A DNA stretch of 45,335 bases from Coniocarpon cinnabarinum. Lineage: Eukaryota. How positions within the stretch are numbered: the stretch's first letter is position 1; each line of letters starts with the position of its first letter. The stretch covers positions 62,001-107,335 of the forward strand of contig JAVECO010000072.1 in the NCBI GenBank assembly GCA_051942205.1, given 5' to 3'. The translations under genes were made by a program, and so were the position numbers. The notes under the pieces are model-generated. The model saw only the letters and a program-made list of their open reading frames with translations, was not told where the DNA came from and did not search any database. Positions 13,501-23,272 of the stretch are shown piece after piece.

Positions 13501-13596
13501 ACGAGTCCACGAGCGAACGTTTTCATGACAAGAAGAGGAAGTCGAGCAGGGAGCATGAGAAGTGCAAGCGGCGCGAGCGAGCAAGAGCCTCGTTGA
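7549..13596 (+). CDS. SEC7: Large ARF guanine-nucleotide exchange factor Sec7 (BIG family), single exon, 2015 aa
   Basis: DCB (ALDCIGKLISY), HUS (YLNYDCD), Sec7 domain FNFKPKRG...FRLPGEAQKIDRFM with the glutamate finger, YSVIMLNTDQH, HDS domains (SLQKLVE, NIRSGW), and C-terminal QPPNLLKQE. Confidence 0.97.
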   Translation: MSADEDQLSDAAETSVTPQDEHLKRPELQNGDHEAEAKKRNHDKDESPSPPEDLPEPRDGHGDALESTNESANESDATSKPDIPPVQVESPPENDDRSSTLPSSSAPSTAPPPSLSRERTDSQSTVATAAEPSTKSSTRGSVVFVIGALEQINTSKDAARHKPLKDLTEKALNAIRTTHDPTQIDPRILFAPLRVATEEANADNIVNTALDCIGKLISYSYFSVPAEKSDGGAQTESLIDQAIDTICNCFEGEATSDRVQIQIVMSLLSAVLNDKVIVHGAGLLKAVRQMYNIFLHSKSTQNQQIAQGTLSQMIGTVFERARSRIVAKEARINLARSSRRSHDNSSEQVNGDSVPTTGRPSFEHNSNIETPIRENTPDDMPVEKEREAKITLQTFERRGSFDETLREGPTVVTRVRGRATSLQPDGTNGVSGADEDVVISEEDEEDEVFMKDAFLVFRAMCKISIKPLRPEELADLKSQGMRTKLLSLHIIHTVLFNNVSLFLSPHATIRGSADSEPTQFTHAIKQLLCQSLSRNGASSVNRVFEVGCEIFWMMLRHLRVLLKKECEVFLKEIYLQILDNRTAPVFQKQCFLNVLDRLVREPRALVEVYLNYDCDRSASDNMFQRMVENLARIASERVTITSTQGHAYQEKSAKKQALQDWQLRGGVPPSLTTVAIGSAVEVDAAYPMEFAMKVQSLETTVETLRSLVHWAQQSLPTTNSTAAVNEPDVKLSADDVRESSDARPASVMASPFIAGVETPSVGTPLAEDDPMQLEKAKQRKTALLNAVRQFNFKPKRGIKALIENGFIKSDSPDDIAPFLLNTERLDKAALGEYLGEGDDENIKIMHAFVDSMDFTRLRFVDALRRFLQSFRLPGEAQKIDRFMLKFAERYILGNPNAFANADTAYVLAYSVIMLNTDQHSSKMKSRRMTPEDFIKNNRGINDGADLPEEYLKGIFEEIASNEIVLNTEREAAANMGYASQPTATGITSGITQTLSNMGRDLQREAYVQRSEQMANKTEQLFRSLMKTQRKTTTRDEANKFIPATSFRHVGPMVDVTWMSFLTALSSVAQDTQNLDTFRLCMDGMKLAIQVACLFNLENPRMAFVSSIARFTNLYNLSEMQAKNVEALRVLLDVAYSEGNLLRESWRDILTCVSQLDRFQLLSEGVPEKALPDVMRTQSSQRNSKPRSSLQVPNRGRTSSGSTQTSYRAEIAQEARGAEITHGVDRIFVNTGQLSGEAIVDFVRALTQVSWQEIESSGQSQEPRTYSLQKLVEVSGYNMGRVRFEWSNIWAVLGDHFNQVGCNANTKVVYFALNSLRQLSMRFLELEELPGFKFQKDFLKPFEHIIGNTATVQVKEIVLHSLIQMIQARGENIRSGWRTIFGVFTVAAREPFEGVVSLAYDNVIQIYNTRLGVIMTQGALADLVVCLTEFSKNSRFQKKSLQAIETLKASIPKMLKTPECPLSAQPTPSAHRQPSRQTQEEQYWFPVLFAFHDVLMTGDDLEVRSRALNYLFDALIKYGKQFPQDFWDTIWRQLLHPIFMVLKSKSEMTKMVNHEELSVWLSTTMIQALRNMMSLFTHYFESLEYMLDRFLDLLALCICQENDTLARIGSNCLQTLILSNVNKFTPEHWQHIVNSFVDLFNRTEATALFSAAAASYGGPPPQTTNGVPAMPRRESSADQPNGLQLTGSHHAISGDAKSKARNKSPLPNGLATSEDDSRASTPAPEIPPVPSQQLEDYGPTAQLQSQPVVVTAARRRFFNQIITKCVLQLLMIETVNELFSADSVYSRIPSADLLRLMSLLKKSYRFAKRFNDDLELRNRLFNEGFMKQPPNLLKQESGSASVYVNILFRMYLDERTERRNSRDQTEAALIPLCVDIIRSYASLSAETQHRNIVTWRPVVVDVVDGFANFPPDGFEKHVSSFAPLLPQLMGRELTGAGAGGTGGELQRAVQSLTWRVLELHYSAQMEPLEPWAFGKEALASAAQTPTSPRANVFMTRRGSRAGSMRSASGASEQEPR

Positions 13597-15161
13597 CGTG
13601 AGATAGCTCTGTGAGCTGAGCTTGCTGAACTGTCACGTACATCTGCATACACAAAAGGGTCTGGATTCATTTTCCGCATTGCGAGGCGCTGGCGGAAACG
13701 TGTACATTGCGGGATTAATGGTCCTCTGCCGGGTCTTGTGTATCGAATAACGTATTAGAGATTCTAGGCCTCAATGGAAGCTTTTGTGAACACAAACACG
13801 CTTGGAAAGCATTTGACATTCCGCTTGGGCGATTGTCTGTCATTTTTGCTCTGGGTACCTTGCTGATACAGTTCAAGGCCATCGGAACATTACCCACCCA
13901 TCGCCCTCAATAATAGTCAGACTTTCACGACCCTGCCAAGCAGAAGACAGACGAATAGGTGCCACATTATTTATTCTCACGCGTTTGGGGGTCCACGTGA
14001 CTTGCATTGTTTCGTTAACCGAACAAGCCACCCACTACAACAATCCATGTCAATAGGTCCAAGCACTCTTCGCCGGTCCTGGACGCGACTATCAAGATGG
14101 GTGAGAAACTATCTTGCCATGTGTTTTTCGACTACCTTTTGCTGGTGCTTCTTGGCCGTTGAACTAAAATAGTCAGGGGAGGAGAATGGCACAGCGAGGA
14201 TGCAAAACAGGCAATACTTCCCCAAAATGTGAGCGAGTTGGCGCCCTGAGCACTTCGATGCCGAAGTGCTGCCAGCACAGGTAAGAGCAGTTGCTTACGA
14301 ACGGGACCTCAGCATTATTTAATGGATCTAGGATGTCGCCAGCTTGCTCATTGATTATGGACCATGGGAGAATGGCTCATGAACCCACGCTTTGTGCTTA
14401 TTTCTAGGAGGGCACAGTGTGTGTCGGTCCTTAGCCCGCAGACTTTCTGCAGGTCTCTGTGATACATTCAGGTAGGATTGCTGTCTCCAAGGATGTTTCG
14501 TACTATTCGTCCCGGTCGCTGGCGCCACCATTGCAGAGCGACGTTAGTCAATGCATCATGACCGCAAGATACTTCCTTTGGTGGAGATTGTTCAACATGT
14601 ATATACATATATATACCGAGACAAGTCAAGAAGTCCGACGCGCACAATGCTGCCGCGCCTGATTAGCTGCTTCAGCACTCGCTCAGCACTTTCTGAATGT
14701 TCTGGGTAGCTCCTCCAGCAGGTGATCAGCTACTTGCAGTACTGGAGTCCCTCTGAGGCAATGGCGAACTTGGGAGGAGGCAAAATGTGAATAGGTGCTA
14801 AGGTTACGGAGGTGCAGCGAAACACGTTCTGCTTAGAGAGCTCACAGCTATATCTTGCAGAGGGCAGTTGTCTGTTTTGGATTTTTTGCAATGTGTTGTT
14901 GCGAGCCAACAAGCCATCCTACAGGACAGAATTGAGCAACAACTTTCTATCAACAACTCGGAAGCAACTTAACTCTGTCCAGGCTACCGACCGTCAGCAC
15001 AAGTGTCACTGTACCTACCCACTCTTGCAACATACATCTTGCCTTCCTTTGACCACTTACAATACAGACTTGTTCGTACCGGGACAGCACTTTCTGCTTT
15101 CTGGTCAAGGAAACCTACTCTTGCCCTACGTCTTAACTTTCAGACCAACACTCTCGACGAG

Positions 15162-18100
15162 ATGGACCCTCAGATTCCGTCGTCGACCCGACCATCCTTC
15201 CACCAGCCTGAGCAATCGAAGGTGCGATCTTCCGTCTCGCAAACATATGGCTATGATCAGCCTGGAGCTGACTTAGATGCTCAGGGGCAAAAGTCTCATG
15301 ACGGTGCCGAACAGATCGTTCCTTGGATGAGTGCTCAAGATGCGAACTTAACTAAGGTTTCAGGACAGTATACCGCTGCCTGGGGCCCAGAAAAGGAACA
15401 AGAATATGAGGAATGGCATGACTCCGCTGAATCACCACCTGTATCCTCAGAGAGCAAGGCCATTTTCCAACATGCGCTGTCAGTGCGCAAAGCCTGGGAC
15501 GCGGATCTTCCAGACACGATTACTTGCCAGTTTTCCGGGGCCGTGAGAGAAGGTTCTTTTAATCGCTGCAACACAATTCTGTTCAGTGATGGCATCAAAT
15601 GGATCTTGAAACGAATGCATCGTGTCGATAAGGAGAGTTGGTCGCCGGAACAACAAGATCAGATGGATAATACGTTCAATCTCATAATGCATATCCGGCG
15701 CGTCACCGGGATACCGATCCCTTTCGTGTACAAGTGGTCGAGCTCTTTCGACAATCCCCTGGGAATGCCCTATGTACTTGAGCGATGTGCAGATGGGCAG
15801 ACGGTAGTTGACACCCTCGCTCAGCTGGACGATAACGAGGATGCGCAGGGCCGCATTCTCACTCGCACAACTATTGAATTGAGCGGATATCTCCAAAAAC
15901 TTCGAGATTATGCCTCGTACGACAAGATTGGGACACCTGTCTATCGACAAGGACGGTACCTAGGTTTGACTAGTACCTACACACCGTGGTCCCAGTTTGT
16001 TGGACCTTTTGAGAATGCAGCGGACCACTTATTTCATCAGTTCGACATAGAGCAGCAAGGCCGGGGACCTTCATGTGAAGGCGTTCTTCTGCGGCTTTTC
16101 ATGAACTGGCTTAAACAAGTGAGCAAGCATGAGCGGACTTTCACACTATATCATCCGGATTGCAACATGGCAAATGTCCTGATTGACGAGGCGGGCAGCA
16201 TCACGGCAATCATTGATTGGGATTTCATTCAAGCAGGGCCAAGCTACCTGGCTTTTCCCGCTATCCCACGTATGATTTGTTCGGAATGGTACGATGGCGA
16301 TCGAGGGGAATTCAACAACCTGCGCGCCAAGGTTCAGCCAACTCGCTGCTGCACCGGCATGGGTGACAACCTAACAAAGCTTCCAGACGCCACAGAGCTC
16401 AATTCTCGGCATACATTCTGGGACCGCATACGTGTGATCTGGGAAGAAGCCTGCCGCATTCGTGAATCAAACGACTCTCCGACCAACCTCGACCTGCTGA
16501 GCGCTGAAGAAGTAGGCCGGTGGTGGCACCAATCCGGGGTCGCAAGCGGCAAGTGTCAACCATTCAGCTTCTCAGGCCTTTTCCTTCAGAATATTGCCGA
16601 GGGCTGCTTCGTGAATCCGGCCGACGCTATCGTGACTCACATACTTGCTCATATGGTGGTGCAAGATCGTCAGTCCCGTCTTGGTGAGACTCTCGGCTAT
16701 GGACCGCTACTGAACGTCCGTCTCATCATGGGATACCTCAATAATGGTATCCTTCTAGACGATCAAATGGATTTGATCAAGCAGCACTTCTATCGCATGT
16801 TGTACTATCCGACGCGCGGGCAGCCTGTTGAATGGAATTCAGCCGAAATACAGCAAGATAGCAAGCTCTTGTGTGAAGTTGGCTACCTCAAGCAAAACAG
16901 CTCAAACGGTGTTCATCCCTTTCGCTACATGTTGCAGTATCATGAGATTGATTATGCTGCACTGAAAAAGGATGCAGTGCGAGCCAAGTGGAAAGCTGCA
17001 GCTCAAAGCAGGACACGGCAACCGTATACCGACATCGGAAAGAAATTCTCAGTGGTGCTGCCACAGAACGAGATAGCACAAGCACTGAGGAAAATGTTTG
17101 GATGTCCAAAAGGATGTTGTCGTGGTGCTAAGAATAGACTTCTGAAAGACATGAGGGGTCTGCCCAGACCACAAGCTTTGTCCCCGGAGAAAGAAACTCT
17201 GCAGGAGTACTTGATACAGATGCTTTGGCTCGTCAAGCATGATCGACAGCTGCAGAACTTGGTCTTTGGTAGAGTCGTCTATAAACCATCAGCGGGAGCA
17301 GAAGCTGCCAAGCAGACTCCGCCTGAGCAGTCCCAGCATTCCGATTCAAAAGCTGCAGAGACGGTTCAGCTTCCGGAAGAAGTTCCAGCACAGCCGTCTA
17401 ATGAAGAGCCCGTCCGGCACGATTCCAACTTGCAAGAGCAAATTGAAGATCTCAAGCGGGAATTAGCCGAACAAAGGAAGCAAAACGTGGAACTCAAGCA
17501 GCAGAACCAGCAGATCATGACGCAGCTTGCAGAAAACAACCAAGTGCTGGACACCATCCTGAGTGTGGTGAAGACGAGGTTACCTCGGGGAGAGACTAGA
17601 AATCAGATTTCTGCCAAGCAGACAAACCCCGGTGTCGTTGAAGAGGGTGCAGCCGCTCGCGCACAGAAGGAACGATCATCTGAGTCAGCTATCGACCCCA
17701 ACCTGGAAGACTCTGGCTATGTTACAAGCCCTGCCGCATTCGTGGATGCACGGCAACCAGTCACGAAAGGTGCTGAGGCGCAAGAAGCATCTGCTTCCAA
17801 GCTGGTCGAGCGACCAGATGTGAGCGCAGAGCAAAATCCCAGGCCTACGTCTGCGCCTGCAGAGCCCCGGCACGATGCCCTCTCCTCGTCGGAAAGCTCA
17901 AGTTTTGTGGACGCTGTTGAGTACCGGGACGAGTTGCCTCAAGCAAGCGACCCGCAAGACAGGGTTCAGGCATCAGGGGCTCAATCAACTGCGCCGAATC
18001 TGCTCACCAACAACGCTGCAGCACCTCAGCCTGGTCCGCTTCAACCAGGACCTGCGGGTCTTCCCCCGGCGCCGGCTCGTTCAATCCTCGCGCGTGTGGG

Positions 18101-18287
18101 TGGCTGGTTCCGTGGCTGGGGAGACTGGCTCCGAAACTTGCCGGATACAGATACTGGGGGCGGTGAAATTGATCGCTTGCTCAACGGCGAGTTCGACCCG
18201 TTTGACGTGGCACCTCGTGACGAGGTCCCTGAGCTGGCTATACGAAAGCAACGTCTTCGTATAGCAATTTACGCCACGAGGACCTGA
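15162..18287 (+). CDS. Aminoglycoside-phosphotransferase (APH)/protein-kinase-like protein with a long C-terminal extension containing a coiled coil, ~1041 aa
   Basis: Long stop-free ORF (open from 15003, first ATG 15162). N-lobe EGSFNR...FSDGIKWILKR, TGIPIPFVYKW..NPLGMPYVLE, Brenner motif YHPDCNMANVLID and IIDWD. Heptad-rich LQEQIEDLKRELAEQRKQNVELKQQNQQ. Start is uncertain. Confidence 0.8.
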   Translation: MDPQIPSSTRPSFHQPEQSKVRSSVSQTYGYDQPGADLDAQGQKSHDGAEQIVPWMSAQDANLTKVSGQYTAAWGPEKEQEYEEWHDSAESPPVSSESKAIFQHALSVRKAWDADLPDTITCQFSGAVREGSFNRCNTILFSDGIKWILKRMHRVDKESWSPEQQDQMDNTFNLIMHIRRVTGIPIPFVYKWSSSFDNPLGMPYVLERCADGQTVVDTLAQLDDNEDAQGRILTRTTIELSGYLQKLRDYASYDKIGTPVYRQGRYLGLTSTYTPWSQFVGPFENAADHLFHQFDIEQQGRGPSCEGVLLRLFMNWLKQVSKHERTFTLYHPDCNMANVLIDEAGSITAIIDWDFIQAGPSYLAFPAIPRMICSEWYDGDRGEFNNLRAKVQPTRCCTGMGDNLTKLPDATELNSRHTFWDRIRVIWEEACRIRESNDSPTNLDLLSAEEVGRWWHQSGVASGKCQPFSFSGLFLQNIAEGCFVNPADAIVTHILAHMVVQDRQSRLGETLGYGPLLNVRLIMGYLNNGILLDDQMDLIKQHFYRMLYYPTRGQPVEWNSAEIQQDSKLLCEVGYLKQNSSNGVHPFRYMLQYHEIDYAALKKDAVRAKWKAAAQSRTRQPYTDIGKKFSVVLPQNEIAQALRKMFGCPKGCCRGAKNRLLKDMRGLPRPQALSPEKETLQEYLIQMLWLVKHDRQLQNLVFGRVVYKPSAGAEAAKQTPPEQSQHSDSKAAETVQLPEEVPAQPSNEEPVRHDSNLQEQIEDLKRELAEQRKQNVELKQQNQQIMTQLAENNQVLDTILSVVKTRLPRGETRNQISAKQTNPGVVEEGAAARAQKERSSESAIDPNLEDSGYVTSPAAFVDARQPVTKGAEAQEASASKLVERPDVSAEQNPRPTSAPAEPRHDALSSSESSSFVDAVEYRDELPQASDPQDRVQASGAQSTAPNLLTNNAAAPQPGPLQPGPAGLPPAPARSILARVGGWFRGWGDWLRNLPDTDTGGGEIDRLLNGEFDPFDVAPRDEVPELAIRKQRLRIAIYATRT

Positions 18288-18871
18288 CGAACAACACGAA
18301 GAAAGGGCGATGTATACGGAGGGCGACCATGCGCCAAAAGCATGGAAATCACTGAACGATGGTAAGCCCATCGAGGAGAAGTCGAGACATGTTTGAATAC
18401 GCGAGTGTATCAATACGGACCGTGTACGATATGATGATTGTACGAATATGTACAACATCTTGCATCGGACACAGGGAGGAGATACAGGATGAGTGTACTC
18501 CAAAGGGGAACGAGCAAATCCTCCGTGGCAAGATCAGAAAGATCATCAAAGACCACGGACTGGATAGCAATCTCTAGAGTCGTTCACCAGGATATGAATA
18601 GTATCCTATCTCTGTGTACCTCATTTGCCTTCATCCTGCTTCAAGGCACTGACTTACGGCCTCGACTCACAAGGAGACCGACGCTGTGTGTAGAGAAATC
18701 TAATCACGCAGAATCTCGGTATGAGGGACGGGACAACATCTGTGTCTCATATTCACATTGTTTCATACTCTGACGTGTCTTACCAAGTCTCACCAGGTCT
18801 TACCATGTATAATATAACATGAATACCAACATCAAGGTTGAAACTTCCAATGCACGATCTCACCACCCAAC

Positions 18872-21725
18872 TCAATTAGGTCCAGCCATGCCCTCTGCCC
18901 CCCTCAAAAAGCGTCTGACCCTCCCCACTTCCAAACTGCCCTCCGATGCCACCGCGGCTAGCAAAGCTCCCAGCATGCCGTCCACCTCCTCCTCTTCTAC
19001 ACCCGTACATAAACTAACGACCTTCCTGTATTTTGACTCTTGATCTGCGGATTGCTGGTGCAATTTTGCGAGATGATGTGCTAGGGCTGAGTTTTGGTTT
19101 TCGTGGGCCGTAAGGAGGGATGTCAAGGTTGAGAGGGAGGGAAGGGCGGATGCGGTTTCATGTGCTTTTTGAAGGTTTGTGGTTTCTGGAAAGGAGAGCA
19201 AGGCGGGGTCGATGTTTGCGAGATTGATGGTGGGCGTGTCTGACCTGTGTTCGAATATGTCAGTCCTTTCATGTCAACAATAGGGTCGCATCTGTGGACA
19301 AGGACAAGAAGCCTTTCCTAGCGCGGCAAATTGTGTGTACAGCCAAGCTCCAAGCTGAGCGAATGTTCAAGGAAGAAACCGGAAAGACTCACCAGCGCCC
19401 CCTCTCGCTTTCTATCTTCAGCCGCTCGACACGGCCCCTCCTTTCATCGTTTGCTCGTCGATGGTTCTCCATCTTTGCTCTTCGGTCCTTGCGATCGCGT
19501 TCCCGTTGCTGCAGCTGTGAGAGCTTCGCAGCTTCGGAATCGTGCTCAGCGGCAAGGGATTTCAGAGCAGCGGTTTGTGAGGCAATGAGGGATGATTTGG
19601 CGGCAAGCTCGTTCGCGTAATGGCTGTGCGTTTGAGTGAGGATGGTGTTGGTTGCTGAAGAGTGTTAGTGCTCTACAACGTAGGTGGCAACTGAAGGGCC
19701 TGCGCAAGAACTGCGTTCATGGAGGACCCAGGGCCGGAGGTGGAGATGCGAATAACTCACTGGCAACAATTTCTTCCTTGATTTGATCAACCTGGCTCGC
19801 AGGCAGAGATTCTTGACTACTTGCTTCTTCCTTGGTCATGCTCTGCTGAGGCGTCTGATTGTTTCTCGGGTGAATACCAAAGTCACGAGGCTTGAAACCC
19901 AGATTATTGGCAATCTCAAAATCAGCACCGACTTCCTCGAGCTGGTTGATGATTGTCCGGTTTCCGACTCGAGCGACCAGATTCAAGGCAGTGTTACCAG
20001 ATCGATCTTGTGCGTTGACGACAGTCGACATAAACTTTGTCAGTGTCATTGGCTGCTTCTTTTGCGTACCATTGCCATTCATGAACGGCTGCTGCTGAGA
20101 CGACGAAGTTGGTCCGCCCTGCTTTACAGTGTACTCCAGAAGTGACTCAAGATAGTAGCGAGCTGATGTCGAACGACCTTTGATGCCAGACGACACAGCA
20201 ATGTGGTGGAGAACAGTTCTCCCTGTGCCGTCGCGAACGTCAATCAAAGGGCCAAGCGTATCCAGGACTTCGGGAAAACATGAAAAGTCATAACAGTTGT
20301 TCACTTGTACAGCGGCCATCAAAGGTGTCTGATTGGCAGCGTTACCCTGGTACATGTTTGCGCCCCTGTTGATGAGAGCGCGCATAATAGACACACGTGC
20401 GAGAGTCGCGGCCCAGTGTAGTGCGGTGTTAGCAGATGTATCAAGTGGAACATCGAAGTCGTGACCAGAAAGTGACTGCAATGCTGGATGGCTGGTGGGA
20501 TCGGTAGGAGCATTGTCTTCGAACAAGGCAAGTAACGCCGCACGCTTGACCTCTGTGGCGTTGTCTGCTGAGGCTGACAGCGGTGGCATAGCTGTTGCTA
20601 TGTCTGCGTCCAGGGGTTGAGATTGCACAAAGGACTCATTGACTTCTGTGGGGGTCTCGTCATTCAGCGCTGGATCAAGCGCAGACAGATCCTGGCTTGA
20701 GTCCGGTCTCATTCGTTTGCGAGGAGGTTCGTTGAGTCCGTCAGCATCATACGCACCGTACTGCTGTGATCCGTATTGCATTCCACTGCCATTGAGGTCA
20801 GGGTGATCACGTCCGTGACCAAAACCGGCGGCACTTTCCTGACTCGCCTGCACTCCTCCAACACTGCCCTGACTGTCCATCTGCTGGCTGCTGCTTTGTC
20901 TGACCAAGCTGGGTGTTTTTCGAAGGTTGCTGCTCGGAGGGCGACCACCGTCATACTTGGCTGCTTTGGTCATGGCGGCGATGGCGTTGCTCGTTGTTGG
21001 GCTGATACCTTGGAAAAAGGTGTTCCCACCCAAAGCGCTATGAGCCCGCTCGCCTCTATTCGGATTATTGTAAAAGCGCTGACGATTGGCCGCCATAGCT
21101 TGCTCCTTGGTAGGCGTCTCGAGACTCGTGCTCCTCATACCAGCGCCGTCACTGCCAATGTCGTACTCCAGCAGTGGCCGCAGTACGTCTTCGACTCCAT
21201 ACTGTCTGCAAAATTGGCGCCCACGCTCGTAGCTGATCCAAGTGCCCTGATATCGACCATAGCCACCCTGGACCTTCTCATGCACACCCTGATGGATCTC
21301 CTTCTCCAAGATTTTGGTTCTCCTGCCCTTGTCCACTGCAGCGACCTTGAGAATTTGTGTAGCATTGAGCCAAGAATCCGAACGACGTCTCATGACGGCG
21401 ACTTTGTCTGATCCCTCACCGACCTCCATCTCATACACCGAGACACCAGAGTAAACGGCTGTGTAGATCTGAGGGGCGTGCTGGGGCGGATGCTGATGCG
21501 GATGGCCGTTGGGCTGACCGAAAGACTGGGAGCCGCGCGCCATGTGGGAGGGGTGAGGCGGAGAGGATTGGGTAGCGGTCATTTGAGCATAAGCTGTGCG
21601 GTGTTTACCAGTGAGCGAGAGCTTTTTTGTTTCCACTGGAGCAATTCGATTGGGAACTTACGGGCATGCTGAGTTGGTGGGACAGATGAAAAGGACGAAT
21701 TGTACCGGCCATCGAAAGAAGTCAT
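18872..21725 (-). CDS. APSES/KilA-N plus ankyrin-repeat G1/S transcription factor (Swi6/Cdc10-like MBF subunit), 4 exons, ~843 aa
   Basis: IYTAVYSGVSVYEM..VMRRRSDSWLNATQILKVA..HEKVQGGYGRYQGTW APSES domain. Ankyrin repeats NTALHWAA, TVLHHIA and GNTALNLVAR. Coiled coil and C-terminal KYRKVVSLCTGV..VDGMLGALL. Introns 21594-21661, 19655-19760 and 19245-19392 keep frame. Confidence 0.92.
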
Positions 21726-21879
21726 GGTAGAGAGAGGCGGATGGCAGGCTCGCCGAAGCAGAGTCACATGCACACGTGCAACTGGCGTATCTTGCCGAAC
21801 GATCTACACGAGATTAGAGCCGCCGTGCTGGTTCGTGGGAGAATTAGATACAGGAGGACGTGTAGGCCAGATGTGAGTG

Positions 21880-21904
21880 CGCGTCGCTCGCGTCAAATGC
21901 GCGT
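21880..21904. promoter_or_regulatory. Cluster of three MCB-like (ACGCG) elements in the divergent promoter of the Swi6-like and LYR-like genes
   Basis: CGCGT occurs at 21880, 21889 and 21900 (ACGCG on the minus strand), about 155-180 bp upstream of the predicted ATG of the MBF subunit. Confidence 0.45.
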
Positions 21905-22123
21905 TGAGGGGTGACTGCCGAAGCAATGTGTCCGGGCAGGGTGGCGCAATTGTTGACAAATGAATTCATCTTGACGACGGATCGAGGGATACACGGTCAC
22001 CCATCCGTTTGCCCATCCATCAAGCACCAGACAGCATAGTGTCTGCCCTTCTTTTTATCGAGGCGGTCTACGATGCCTCTCGGCAACCTTCGATGACTGG
22101 CAACCAACGACACACCTGGTTGC

Positions 22124-23272
22124 ATGCGTTCGAGGCCTCCACGCCTCAGATGGTTCTCCAATCCGACACGTCAATGCTTGTCTACCCCAAACGCTGGCAT
22201 CCGCCTGCTCCCTTCCCAGCTACGTCGTACGAATGCAACACTCCAGGCTTCATCGCAGGGTGACGGCAAAGATCATGTGGTGAACATCGCCTTTAAATCG
22301 CTGCTTCGGGCACTCTTGCGTCAGGCCCGGCGACTCTCAGACCCGGCCTCTCGCACCTACATCTCTCGTCACATCTCACATCGCTTTCGCGCTCGACATG
22401 ACTCCCCTGATCCAACATGGCGTCGTCAACGACACCTGCGCGCTGCTCGTCGAGATCTCAATGCACTCGCAAAAGCCAATGCCGGCTATTTAGCCCCCAA
22501 CTTGAAGGTACTAATGCTCACCTACGGTCGCACTGGACGCAGACGGGCCGGACTGCTGTCGTCCTTCATCTCTCGAAACCTAGAGGATCTCCGAACCTCT
22601 AACACATCTGACGTTGTCGCACACTGGTTACCGGGCTTACACCCGTCCAACTTGTCCAAGATTCCCAGCCCAACATCCAGTCACGTCGCCCTACTTCGGA
22701 GTCAGATGTCCACTGTGAATGGATTGGTACATCAGAGACATGTTCTCCGCCGACTCTCACCGAATATTCCAGCCTTGAACGCATGGAGACGCCCCATGCC
22801 TCAGAAGCGACTTATCAATGCTGGCAGAGCTCATTGGAGGATGTTAATGGAGAAAAGCATGCCGCCGCTGGATGCCAAGGAGTGGGACCGGCTCAGGCTG
22901 TTGGCGCTTGGTCAGCATGTACCGTCCAGCATGAGGCATAAGACAGCGAAGTTGCAAGGCCCAATCTTAGCGCTTGATGAAGATGATGAAAACCACTTAG
23001 GTGATGTTTTGTCAGATCTAAGTCATTTGCAAAAGAAGTTGAGAACAGAAAGAGACATCATGACCGGTGCAAGAACCAGACCACACATGGTAGACGCCAG
23101 ATTTATGCGACGACTGTGGGCGCAGGTGTTTGCAATCTGCCCAAAAATGAGTTGGGATCGCGAGAAGAACCGCTGGCGGGTGGTATGGGGTGTTGAGGCA
23201 CTGAGAGATGCTCGGAGAGGTAAAAATGCGGGAAACAGTGCTGCCTTTGAGGCTGCTTTGATCGAAGCTTGA
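22124..23272 (+). CDS. Probable mitochondrial LYR-motif-like protein (fungal Cup1/LYRM-like family), 382 aa
   Basis: Arg-rich, acid-poor N-terminus resembling a presequence. LYR-like segment FKSLLRALLRQARRLSDPASRTYISRHISHRFR, YGRTGRRR, PALNAWRRPMPQKR, and C-terminal RFMRRLW..CPKMSWD..WRVVWG. Confidence 0.7.
   Translation: MRSRPPRLRWFSNPTRQCLSTPNAGIRLLPSQLRRTNATLQASSQGDGKDHVVNIAFKSLLRALLRQARRLSDPASRTYISRHISHRFRARHDSPDPTWRRQRHLRAARRDLNALAKANAGYLAPNLKVLMLTYGRTGRRRAGLLSSFISRNLEDLRTSNTSDVVAHWLPGLHPSNLSKIPSPTSSHVALLRSQMSTVNGLVHQRHVLRRLSPNIPALNAWRRPMPQKRLINAGRAHWRMLMEKSMPPLDAKEWDRLRLLALGQHVPSSMRHKTAKLQGPILALDEDDENHLGDVLSDLSHLQKKLRTERDIMTGARTRPHMVDARFMRRLWAQVFAICPKMSWDREKNRWRVVWGVEALRDARRGKNAGNSAAFEAALIEA

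Noticed and set aside
15162..18287. Possible Spok-type meiotic driver (kinase + coiled coil + Cys cluster)
   Set aside because: The domain order is the reverse of Spok proteins (N-terminal coiled coil, nuclease, C-terminal kinase) and no nuclease motif is recognisable.
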